A stretch of DNA of 49,905 bases from Pseudomonadota bacterium (GCA_037134595.1 JBAXLX010000001.1:1-49905), one strand, 5' to 3'; positions 22,135 through 30,515 are shown, counted from the stretch's first letter. Program-made: numbers and translations. Notes: generated by a model not told the origin, from the letters alone.

Positions 22135-22967
22135 GGCTGTTGCGACATATTTGGAGAACTGGGCAATCCGGACATGCGATGTTGCTAAGACAGGGCGTCA
22201 GTGACTCTGCTATCAGCGCGGGAGTGTCGAGCTCCGGGGCAGATCAACTGTTTGAGGGGCTGTTGAACCACACCGGTCAGCTATTTCGAGATTTTTTGCG
22301 GGTTTGCGAAGATGGTTATGGCCTGAGTGTTGAAAGCCTAAAGTCAGCAGCCGGTGTGCCGTTGGCAACTTTGGGGTGGTTTTCAAATAAGCGTGCCTCG
22401 GCCAACACGCGCAACCGCCCTCTTTAAGGGATCGCAGATGCGCAGGTTGCCGCCCTAACAAGGTGTGCGGAACGTGATCGTGGGGGGGCGCCAGCGAAGG
22501 GTTAGGCCAAAGCCGTCGGGCGACCCTTATCGCGGCCAGACGAGAGGGAGCCGGTCGCGCCGCAGCTTTTGGTCATTGACTGCCAAGTTTGGGAAGGGCC
22601 TCGGCGTTCGTCAAAGCGGGTATCGTCGCTTATAAGGGGCCGCGCGGGTTGGAGGATGGGCGCCGCAGGCACCGTTCAGCGTGCCTGACGTGAAGGCCGC
22701 CGCATCGTGCGAGACGAGGTGGGTGATACGAAGATTGGGCATGGCCGCACCCGAACCGATGCAGAGTATCGCGTGACATCTGCGCGTTTGGTCAGTCCAT
22801 GTGCAAGTTTGTGCTCTGTCGCCCATAGTGGGTGCAGGAACCGCCAAAAGGCTATTTTTAAATCTTCGTTCGTCGTTTGTGGCAAAAGATGATGCTGGCG
22901 TGAAGGGCGCGTTTTGCGTAAAGCCCAAGTCACCGGCATCTGCGGTAGTATTTTGGGCAAATGGCAG

Positions 22968-23426
22968 TTAAAACAACAGCTTATACGTATTACCCAAAGT
23001 ATCCGTCACAGTCCCCGTGCCGCTTTCCGTGCCCGAGCCAGTGATAAACCGCCCCTGCACCCGTGCCCCGTCGGTGCAGACGGCATAAATCTCGCCGGAA
23101 TTCACGCCGCCGACATCGGTGACCGATTTGTTCAACTTTCCACCCGTGCTTTGCAGCGTCAGCGACAGGCCGCGTTCTTTTTCGATGACGCGGGGGGCGA
23201 CAGAGGTCCAGGTGCCGTTGCAGCGGTTCTTTTTACCCGGGCCGGGCAGAACAAAGCTGATATCGGCCGAGGCTGTCGTTTGATTGCTGACCTTGACAGC
23301 GATGATTTGCGAAGGATTGCTTTGCTTGATCGGCCCGTCAATCGGGTAAAGGCGCAGGTTGACGCTGGGGCCGCCACAGGCGGTCAGCGTGGCCAAAAGG
23401 CCAGCAGCTAAAACATTGCGTTTCAC
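22968..23426 (-). CDS. Lipoprotein, copy A (outside the element)
   Basis: AAGGAGG RBS, GTG start, MKRNVLAAGLLATLTA-C lipobox. Confidence 0.85.
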   Translation of the reverse strand: MKRNVLAAGLLATLTACGGPSVNLRLYPIDGPIKQSNPSQIIAVKVSNQTTASADISFVLPGPGKKNRCNGTWTSVAPRVIEKERGLSLTLQSTGGKLNKSVTDVGGVNSGEIYAVCTDGARVQGRFITGSGTESGTGTVTDTLGNTYKLLF

Positions 23427-23494
23427 AGGTTCGGCCTCCTTGGCCACAGGTTGGGCCAAAGGCCAGCGGCTGACAGGTTTCGCGTGAAGCTCTC

Positions 23495-23518
23495 GGCAGT
23501 TGGCTGGGGCGCTAGGAT
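23495..23518 (-). other. att core copy (3' end of tRNA-Gln plus 6 nt)
   Basis: GGCAGTTGGCTGGGGCGCTAGGAT is identical to 31070..31093; similarity stops abruptly at 23519, inside the T-loop. Confidence 0.92.
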
Positions 23519-23569
23519 ACCATGAAAGGGGAAGAAAGGACGAGGAAAAGCTGGTGTGGTTGAAGAAGG

Positions 23570-23589
23570 TGGGGCAGCGGCTGGGGCAG
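23570..23589 (+). repeat. Putative integrase arm-type sites, left (TGGGGCAG x2, 12-bp period)
   Basis: Copies at 23570 and 23582; the same pair recurs at 30516 and 30528. Confidence 0.7.
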
Positions 23590-23859
23590 TTAAGGCAAAC
23601 GACGGTATTTCACGTCACGGTCATTTCCAAGCAGGCCGATGGGCTCGCACAGAGGGGCCTCACAATCTTGCACGGCCAAGGAGAACGGGTCACCGAGTTT
23701 TCGTCTTGTGTTTCCATCGACCATTTCGACCCGAGCCTGATCCCGAAGTTCGCACAACGATAAAACTTGATTTGCAGGAAAGTAAGCCAACCTAGCGAAA
23801 AGCTCAATTTGGAGTCTATCGTTTATTGCTTTGGATACCTAAGTTGGTCGAGACACTTC

Positions 23860-24240
23860 CTAAGTGTTTTGACGAGCACAATCGTCGCTTGCGGAAACCA
23901 CTCGCTTAACCCAAGGCACCGTTAGAGCGGAATAATACTTGAAAATCTGAAAGCTACCATCTGTATTTATGTCCGCGCTAACTAGGTCGTATGAGCCTGC
24001 GGTCATGTTAACTCGCTTGCCTGTGCGGGTTTCCTCACGTCGAACTTGAAACTCACCCAGGCGATTGTCGAAGAATGCAAAATATACACATTGCTCCATT
24101 TCGCTAAGGTTTTTGGGCGAAAATGAATTTGTGCCAAGTTCAGTGTAGAACGATTGGTTGACCCTTGAAGGTGCAGCAAATGCGCACGCCGAAAGCAACG
24201 TAACCGTCATTAAGTGTGACAGATATTTCTTCTTGGTCAT
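23860..24240 (-). CDS. Putative lipoprotein
   Basis: MTKKKYLSHLMTVTLLSA-C lipobox; GAGG upstream. Confidence 0.75.
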   Translation of the reverse strand: MTKKKYLSHLMTVTLLSACAFAAPSRVNQSFYTELGTNSFSPKNLSEMEQCVYFAFFDNRLGEFQVRREETRTGKRVNMTAGSYDLVSADINTDGSFQIFKYYSALTVPWVKRVVSASDDCARQNT

Positions 24241-24358
24241 GGGGTACCCTCAGCTCGTTTGCATTCAGGTATTTGTCGATCATTTCTGTTTTCGTAGCAA
24301 TCAAAAAAACTGAGCAACTTCCTGTATCTAAATAAAGAAACAGAAACAGGAGCTTAAG

Positions 24359-24517
24359 ATGAAACTGCTATCCGCCCTCGGCCTTTTGGCCGGGGGTTTT
24401 GTTTTGGTGCCCAAGGGTCTTTGGGTGTTCGTGGCCTTGTGGGGTTTGGCGAAGGTACAGCCCTTGGCAATGGTCACGCTGCTTGGGGTGTGGCTGCTGG
24501 TGGAGCGGTGGCTATGA
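24359..24517 (+). CDS. 52-aa hydrophobic membrane peptide (below the ORF-track cutoff)
   Basis: CAGGAG RBS; MKLLSALGLLAGGFVLVPKGLWVFVALWGLAKVQPLAMVTLLGVWLLVERWL; ATGA-coupled to the next ORF. Confidence 0.65.
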   Translation: MKLLSALGLLAGGFVLVPKGLWVFVALWGLAKVQPLAMVTLLGVWLLVERWL

Positions 24518-24711
24518 AGCCTGGGCCCGTTAGACCTGGGGATGTGGTCACTATACGAGCCTTCGACGATGTGCCGGAACATCAGTTCCTGGTGGACGAG
24601 GTGTTCGAAGACTTCGTTACAGGCTTTGCGGTGACAGGTGACTTGGCAGGAGAATATGGAGAGCCTGCGCTAGTCATGGTTCTCAAGAATCCCTCTAAGC
24701 CAAAGAAGTAA
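24514..24711 (+). CDS. 65-aa hypothetical protein
   Basis: ATGA overlap with the upstream stop; MKPGPVRPGDVVTIRAFDDVPEHQFLVDEV... Confidence 0.65.
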   Translation: MKPGPVRPGDVVTIRAFDDVPEHQFLVDEVFEDFVTGFAVTGDLAGEYGEPALVMVLKNPSKPKK

Positions 24712-24766
24712 ATCAGAAAAATGAGAAACAACACAGCAATGGGGCCTTTGCCCCAAAGGAGGACTC

Positions 24767-25984
24767 ATGTCTCTTAGGATACAATATGCTTACCTCAAGC
24801 AGCAGACTTGGTTGTATCGGCGCAACTACCCGGTTGAAATGCAAGCGGTGCTAGGGGCTGCGTTGAAGCAGTCTTTGAAGACGGGTGACGCCAAGGTGGC
24901 CAAGGTTCGCGCTGCCGAGGTGAACGCAAAGTATGAAGAGATCGTATCAAAGGCGCGAGACGGGGTGGTGCTGGGTCGGCCAGAACCGATCCGCGTGTCG
25001 CCCAAGGTCTTCGCCCCGGTCGTCGTCATAGGGCGGTTGCCTGTGGCTAAGCTGGCCAAAGACTATCTGGCAAAGCGGGCGAAAGACCTGCAGCCGGGTG
25101 GGTACAAGAGCGTGCGGTTCAGTGTGGGGCTGTTCGCTTCGGCCTACGGTGACAGGCAGGTGGCGCAGGTGACCCGAGAAGACGCTGCCAGCTTCGTTCG
25201 GCGGTTGGGTGACCTGTCAAGGGATGTGGGCAAGTCTTATCGGGCAAAGGGGCTAGGGCTGGATCAGCTGGTGAAGATCAGTGCTGGTCAGAAGATCTTG
25301 CCCCAGACCCAGCGCCGGATCGTCACTCAGGTGGGCCACTTTCTCGACTGGGTGGTCTATCAGGGTGAACTGGCAGCCAATCCGTTCAGCACAGTGCGGG
25401 TCGAAGGCAAGGCCAAGGTGCACAGCTATGTGGCCCCGACGGACGAAGAGGTGCGCAGGCTGGTGGGGTTAGCTGATGCAGTCATTGGCGATGTGTTGAA
25501 GGTCTGCCTCTTGTCAGGAATGCGGTCGGGGGAAGCGGTTGGCCTGGTGCGGGAAGATCTGGTCTGGAAGGGCAACTTGGGATGGTTTGCTTGGGTGCGC
25601 CCTAACGCGGTTCGCAGCTTAAAGACCGATGCAGCCGAACGGTTGGTTCCCTTGCACTCTGCCCTGACAGCGGTGCTTGGGCGACGGCCAGAGGGGGAAA
25701 GGTTGTTTCCCGAACTAGATGTGTCGGTGGTGACCAAACGCTTTGCTAAGCTGAAGGGTCAGGTTGGGGTTGATCGTCCTGGCTTTGTGTTTCACTCGAC
25801 GCGAAAGTGGTTCGTGACGCAGTGCGAGCGTGCTGGGGTGCCGGAGCATTGGACCGCTTCAATCGTCGGCCACCAGTCTGCTAGGTCAGAGAACCGGATG
25901 ACCTATGGCATCTATTCGGCTGGTATCAGCGACGAACAGAAACGCGAGATCGTAGAGAAGGTGGGCCTGCCTTGGCACCCCTGA
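24767..25984 (+). CDS. Tyrosine recombinase/integrase with DUF6538-like N-terminal domain
   Basis: WLYRRNYP..LKQSLKTGD N-terminus; catalytic SGMRSGE (R), LKT (K), FHSTR (HxxR), VGH (H), MTYGIY (Y); AGGAGG RBS. Confidence 0.95.
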   Translation: MSLRIQYAYLKQQTWLYRRNYPVEMQAVLGAALKQSLKTGDAKVAKVRAAEVNAKYEEIVSKARDGVVLGRPEPIRVSPKVFAPVVVIGRLPVAKLAKDYLAKRAKDLQPGGYKSVRFSVGLFASAYGDRQVAQVTREDAASFVRRLGDLSRDVGKSYRAKGLGLDQLVKISAGQKILPQTQRRIVTQVGHFLDWVVYQGELAANPFSTVRVEGKAKVHSYVAPTDEEVRRLVGLADAVIGDVLKVCLLSGMRSGEAVGLVREDLVWKGNLGWFAWVRPNAVRSLKTDAAERLVPLHSALTAVLGRRPEGERLFPELDVSVVTKRFAKLKGQVGVDRPGFVFHSTRKWFVTQCERAGVPEHWTASIVGHQSARSENRMTYGIYSAGISDEQKREIVEKVGLPWHP

Positions 25985-26157
25985 CACCCGTTCCAGACAT
26001 CGACGCGTTCGAGGAGAGGGCCGCTATCAGGCAGTATGATGGGGGTGTCACTCGTGCTAGGGCCGAAGACGAGGCTGCAAGGGCGCAGGGCTTCCGGGAT
26101 GCTGCCCACTATCGTCAGGTGCTGGCAGACTATGTGGTTTCGGGTAGACTGACGTAA
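25972..26157 (+). CDS. Small mobile-element protein (FEERAAIxxYDGG motif)
   Basis: Overlaps the integrase stop; I recognise the motif from small phage/island proteins, function unknown. Confidence 0.65.
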   Translation: MAPLTPVPDIDAFEERAAIRQYDGGVTRARAEDEAARAQGFRDAAHYRQVLADYVVSGRLT

Positions 26158-26162
26158 GAACA

Positions 26163-26190
26163 ACCCTCGGCGGCTTCGGCTGCCGGGGGT
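26163..26190 (+). repeat. C(UUCG)G hairpin, copy 1
   Basis: ACCCTCGGCGGC-TTCG-GCTGCCGGGGGT; 26/27 identical to 27313..27339. Confidence 0.85.
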
Positions 26191-26254
26191 GCAATAAGCC
26201 TAACGAGAACTTTGCCTTGCGTGATCCATACACAAGAAAGAATGCCAAATGAAA

Positions 26255-26734
26255 ATGGAAGTTGTGTCTAAATATGCCAACCTGCTGCTTGCAGTGCTTT
26301 TTCCGGCTGCCTAGTTTGCTCCGCTTATCAGAACTGGTTTGTTTCGGCCACCTCCATTGCCCTGGCCATTCGATTGGGATCTTTTTAGCCTGAAAGGCGT
26401 TTCTGTCGTATCAGGGCTTCAGGCTCTTTGGGAAAAAGATGTGTTTTTGGCAATCGCAGTCACGTTTTTTGCCCTTGTTGCTCCTTTGCTGAAATGCTTG
26501 GGGCTCGCATTGATTGACTTTGGACTTCTGGACAAGCGAGTGAAGCCCGTCATTGGGGTATTGGGGAAGCTTGCAATGGCCGATATCTTCATCCTTGCGA
26601 TGTGTGTCATTGTAGCAAAGGGTATAGGCATAGGCGAGATAGAGGTGGCTTGGGGCCTGTATCTTTTCACCGGCTGCGTCATAGCTTCGTTGCTTCTTTC
26701 CATAAGGGAGCCTGGCTTGAACTATGCTAAGTAA
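26255..26734 (+). pseudogene. PqiA (paraquat-inducible protein A)-family membrane protein with premature TAG
   Basis: MEVVSKYANLLLAVLFPAA*FAPL...APLLK...LGKLAMADIF; in-frame TAG at 26312 where Trp (TGG) is expected. Confidence 0.7.
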
Positions 26735-27305
26735 GCTCAGGAATATAATAGTTATTTTGGCATTAGTGATATCCTTGTGCCTCAATATAGCGATTGTGAC
26801 GGTGCAGTCCGTTGCGACTGGTGTATCGGCGATGGTGAGCGCCGTTGCGGGGGCGTCGGCTGTGCTACCTGAACTACGGTCAGTGATTTATAAAGGTGAA
26901 CGGAAGACGGTTGCCGAGGTGGTCAAAAGCACAACGAAGCGCATTGCACGCCGCACGGCGTTTGATGCAACAAGAAATGTTTCATCTACCTTCGGGGAAG
27001 CCGTTCCAGCAATTGGGATCGGTGTGATCGCTGGGGTAAGTGCTTGGGAGTTGAAGGATTCATGCGATACGATGCGCGATTTGCATGAACTCGACGTCGC
27101 GTTGGATCCCTCTATGGCTAACGATGCAGCGGCTACCGAAGTATGCGGCCTTAAAGTTCCCACGAAGGAGGAAATCTGGGCGAAAGTAAAAGCTAGTCCC
27201 GGTGAGGCATGGGAGATGGCTAAGGCCATGGTCCCAGACTTACCAGATATGCCCGCCCTGTCCTTGCCTGAAATGCCTGAGATCGACTGGAAGTTCTGGG
27301 ATTGA
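26724..27305 (+). CDS. Hypothetical membrane-anchored protein
   Basis: N-terminal hydrophobic helix, GGGAG RBS, Pro-rich tail; overlaps the pqiA-like stop. Confidence 0.8.
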   Translation: MLSKLRNIIVILALVISLCLNIAIVTVQSVATGVSAMVSAVAGASAVLPELRSVIYKGERKTVAEVVKSTTKRIARRTAFDATRNVSSTFGEAVPAIGIGVIAGVSAWELKDSCDTMRDLHELDVALDPSMANDAAATEVCGLKVPTKEEIWAKVKASPGEAWEMAKAMVPDLPDMPALSLPEMPEIDWKFWD

Positions 27306-27312
27306 CCATTAG

Positions 27313-27339
27313 ACCCTCGGTGGCTTCGGCTGCCGGGGG
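27313..27339 (+). repeat. C(UUCG)G hairpin, copy 2
   Basis: ACCCTCGGTGGC-TTCG-GCTGCCGGGGG directly after the 27305 stop. Confidence 0.85.
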
Positions 27340-27481
27340 AGCCTGACTTTCCTTTTTTTATCGTTTTCCACGAAAACATGGCAGTCAGGGCCTTTCTTTC
27401 CTGGCGAGTTTTATGAGGTTTCCGGCCACGTGCATGCAACCTTTAGGATTTTTTGGTCAACTTTAAGGTGACGATCTTGAT

Positions 27482-27598
27482 TTTGGCGTGACTTTACTGT
27501 ATTTCACGGCTGTCGAGGCGATGAGAGGGGGATTGAGAAGACGACTTTGGCGATTGAGCGGCCTACGGCTCTGGAAAAATTTTTGGCGTAATTTGGCG
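27482..27598 (+). repeat. Four TTTGGCG direct repeats in an intergenic region
   Basis: Copies at 27482, 27546, 27582 and 27592. Confidence 0.6.
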
Positions 27599-27653
27599 TT
27601 ACCTTTCATGATCCAATTTCAGGGTCTCTAGGTCGCTGTTAACAAGGAAGTTC

Positions 27654-28127
27654 ATGATGGCTATTCACGTTACCGAGACGCAGAAACTGATACTGAAATC
27701 TGGCTATTTGGCCGCCTCTGAGCGGGGCGAAGACCTTGACCAACAAACCTGCGAAGAAATTGTCAGAGCAATGCTTTTGATTGAGCGTTCTGGCATGCAG
27801 CCCTACTTCCTGAAGGGCTACAATTGGTCGTGTCGGTCAAGAGCTCACGGCAATCATCGGCAAATTGAAGAAGAGTCCGAGGAGTTGGAAGCTCGAGTTG
27901 AGGAGTTCAATTTCCGGATAGCCACGTCGCAAGGACATGCCGCATCAAGGATCAGGTCCAATCGCGTGCGGAGCATCAAGGCTATCGAGGGGCACGATAA
28001 TCAAGTGCTTGTTGCTGAGGCTAGATTTGGTGAATACTGGCAAGTGGCATTAAGACGGGCTGACTTTTTGAGGTTTGGCCAAGCTAACGACGTTGATCGG
28101 CCAGATCCGCAAGTCAATGCCGCCTGA
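27654..28127 (+). CDS. Hypothetical protein
   Basis: 157-aa ORF with AAGGAAG RBS, followed by a hairpin. Confidence 0.7.
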   Translation: MMAIHVTETQKLILKSGYLAASERGEDLDQQTCEEIVRAMLLIERSGMQPYFLKGYNWSCRSRAHGNHRQIEEESEELEARVEEFNFRIATSQGHAASRIRSNRVRSIKAIEGHDNQVLVAEARFGEYWQVALRRADFLRFGQANDVDRPDPQVNAA

Positions 28128-28135
28128 TTGACACT

Positions 28136-28159
28136 GGAAGGGGGCTTCGGCCCCCTCCC
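28136..28159 (+). terminator. C(UUCG)G hairpin upstream of the polymerase-like gene
   Basis: GGAAGGGGGC-TTCG-GCCCCCTCC. Confidence 0.6.
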
Positions 28160-28183
28160 TTATCCTTTGATCAGGTATAAGTA

Positions 28184-29704
28184 ATGGAAGAAGAAGAACA
28201 ATTTGAGATACTGAAGGAGGCTATTGCTGTTCCTCCTCCCCCCATAGAAGATCCTTGGTACTCTAGGCCTATAGACGTTCATCGCTGGTCGGATCATCCC
28301 GAACTCGCGGGGTTAGCAGAGAGGTTATGGGTAGCCTACTGTTTCGATATGGAACGAAAGGCATCTTCGCCTGGACCACGACCTAAGACCAGCTTCCGGC
28401 ATCAGTTCAGGGTCCTCCTTCTGGACCTGTATGTTGCTTGGTTAGAAGATCCCCGGTTGTGTATCGGGGTGGCCATGTCAGTGAACTATTGGGATACCAC
28501 TAGCCGCTATAATGCCCTGAATATTTCAAAGCAGATCATTCCTATCGTGAAACGTCTGACCGATGTGGGGCTACTTGACCTCGCGAGGGGCAGTTATGCG
28601 GGACCCACGGCGATAACCAACAGAACAACGAGAATAAGGGGGTCAAAGGCCTTGCGTGACATGTTTCAATCGTTGACTGCCACACGGGATGACGTGAAAC
28701 GGATTGAGTCTGAGGAGTGCATTATCCTGCGTGAAGGGCTGGTCGTGGGCGATGGAACAAAGATCTATGACTACAAGGACACTGATGAAACCAATCGCAT
28801 GAGAGACGAACTCAGAGCCTACAACAAGGTTTTGGTTGATGCTTTCATCGATATACCGAGCCTAGATGAACCCGTCGTGCAAAGGACGGATCAGTTTGGA
28901 AAGGTGTTCATACAGCCCCTAGATCATCACCATCACTTTGTCAGACGGGTGTTTAGCCGTGGCTCTTGGCAGATGAATGGGCGGTTCTATGGGGCTTGGT
29001 GGCAATTGATCCCCAGTGACCTGAGGAGAGGCATCTACATCAACGATACGCCGACAGTTGAGGTGGACTTCAAGGGACTGCATGTGTCTTTGTTGAGTGC
29101 TGAACAGGGTGTAGCAATGGAAGGTGACCCGTACACCTTGGACGGGCTGGTTATTCCAGGAGTGCCCGCTGCCCTTCAGCGATCATTGGTTAAGCAGCTT
29201 GTCTTGACAGCCCTGAACGCGAAGGACCGTAAGTCTGCGTTTCAGAGTTTCCGAGACGGGTGGCCTGCTAATCATTATGGAAAAGGGATGCTCAACGAAG
29301 AACTGTCAGTGCTTCTTGATGCTTTCACTGGGCAACACCCTCACCTGAAAGAGCTTGTGTGTGCTGATCAGGGCATCCGGTTGATGAACGTGGACAGTCG
29401 AATAGCGGAGAGGGTGCATTATCATTTCACACGTCAAGACGTCCCGGTGCTGTCGGTTCATGATAGCTTCTTCATCGACTACACCCGCGTTGGGGAACTG
29501 AAGCAGGTCATGGCGGAAGCTTCTACTGCCGTGGTGGGGCGGCCGATGGCTGTGTCTGCTTCAGGTCTGGGTGTTGATGAGGTTGAGCCTGATTTCCGGT
29601 TGGATTTCGTGGGCTGGGCTCAGCTTCCTCGTTCCCCTGCTTATCTTCGTAGGATGTCGGCTTGGGAGGCTAGGTTAGGTTGGGAGGTTATTCCATATAG
29701 ATAG
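28184..29704 (+). CDS. Compact superfamily-A polymerase-like protein (PolA / T7-RNAP / TV-Pol-like palm) with probable N-terminal winged helix
   Basis: NGRFYG (~266), motif A VEVDFKGLH (D295), motif B RSLVKQLVLT (R333/K337), motif C LSVHDSF (D427). Confidence 0.75.
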   Translation: MEEEEQFEILKEAIAVPPPPIEDPWYSRPIDVHRWSDHPELAGLAERLWVAYCFDMERKASSPGPRPKTSFRHQFRVLLLDLYVAWLEDPRLCIGVAMSVNYWDTTSRYNALNISKQIIPIVKRLTDVGLLDLARGSYAGPTAITNRTTRIRGSKALRDMFQSLTATRDDVKRIESEECIILREGLVVGDGTKIYDYKDTDETNRMRDELRAYNKVLVDAFIDIPSLDEPVVQRTDQFGKVFIQPLDHHHHFVRRVFSRGSWQMNGRFYGAWWQLIPSDLRRGIYINDTPTVEVDFKGLHVSLLSAEQGVAMEGDPYTLDGLVIPGVPAALQRSLVKQLVLTALNAKDRKSAFQSFRDGWPANHYGKGMLNEELSVLLDAFTGQHPHLKELVCADQGIRLMNVDSRIAERVHYHFTRQDVPVLSVHDSFFIDYTRVGELKQVMAEASTAVVGRPMAVSASGLGVDEVEPDFRLDFVGWAQLPRSPAYLRRMSAWEARLGWEVIPYR

Positions 29705-29810
29705 AGAAGGGGGGGAGGGAGGAGGAGAAGCTATGTATTACCAGTCCCCTACATTTCCTTCTTCTTCCATTACTTATACCTAATCCCTACTCAGCAAATA
29801 AGATGGGCTG

Positions 29811-30431
29811 TCATGCAGGAGAAGGAATTACAGAAACGTCTTCCAAAGAAGGAACAGCATCTTTCGTGAGAACATAGTATGCAAAGGCACCAACGATTAG
29901 AATTGCTATCAAACCGGTTGTGAGGGCTGCTGTCACCCCGATTGGTATCCCACCTATGATCAGTACCTCGCCTGCAGACACTGCGTTAGATAAGGCTATG
30001 GATTTGATTATTGTCATTCCAGCAATCTTGCCTGTGGTGACTTGACCTACCCAACTCCCAGCCCCGGCAGCAGCTGCCAAGAGTGGGCCACTCACAGAAG
30101 TAACTGCTGACGATCCGAAAACAACAAACGATCCAACTTGTACCATGGTGTAGGACACTGCCGTCGTCGCACCAAATGTGCCAGCGATGAAAGCCCCTGC
30201 CGCTGCGCCCGAAACCATTGCAATCTTGGTAGCGATTGCAGCGGCCCCAGCAGTTACAATGGTCGAACCTGCTAGTGCCCCCGCCGCAACACTAGCACCT
30301 GCACCCAAAGTGGCAGCGCCAGCAATCTTGGCAGCAGCTATAGCGTCTCGGTAATCAACAACCCCGTCGCCGTTAATGTCCAGAACACTGGATGCAGTCG
30401 ATGCGGCTTTTTTGATCTGTTTGAGTGTCAT
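29811..30431 (-). CDS. Membrane protein with EF-hand/dockerin-like loop and Gly/Ala-rich hydrophobic helices
   Basis: DINGDGVVDYRD followed by ~150 mostly hydrophobic residues; AGAGGA RBS. Confidence 0.75.
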   Translation of the reverse strand: MTLKQIKKAASTASSVLDINGDGVVDYRDAIAAAKIAGAATLGAGASVAAGALAGSTIVTAGAAAIATKIAMVSGAAAGAFIAGTFGATTAVSYTMVQVGSFVVFGSSAVTSVSGPLLAAAAGAGSWVGQVTTGKIAGMTIIKSIALSNAVSAGEVLIIGGIPIGVTAALTTGLIAILIVGAFAYYVLTKDAVPSLEDVSVIPSPA

Positions 30432-30515
30432 GATGCGATCCTCTGAACGAGTTACTCATCGAACACCAATTTTTGTCAAAGTGCTAGGGAAATCCGATCC
30501 ACGACACCCGCACCT

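Larger units (their letters stand above)
22968..23518. repeat. ~550-bp direct repeat, left copy (partner 30543..31093)
   Basis: Constant offset 7575 with no indels; 23113-23468 identical to 30688-31043; flanks diverged. Confidence 0.97.

Noticed and set aside
22140-22960. Short ORFs between the glycan locus and lipoprotein copy A
   Set aside because: No RBS, motif or consistent frame; possibly decayed coding DNA but unassignable by eye.
26312-26314. Amber recoding (pyrrolysine or read-through) in the pqiA-like gene
   Set aside because: One base from TGG at an expected Trp; TAG is used as a normal stop elsewhere in the window; no recoding genes seen.
26163-28159. CRISPR array or integron attC array
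   Set aside because: Only two near-identical copies 1150 bp apart, no spacer periodicity, no cas genes and no RYYYAAC/GTTRRRY ends.
28184-29704. Reverse transcriptase (retron, DGR or group II intron)
   Set aside because: No YxDD or other RT motifs; the motif order fits superfamily-A polymerases.
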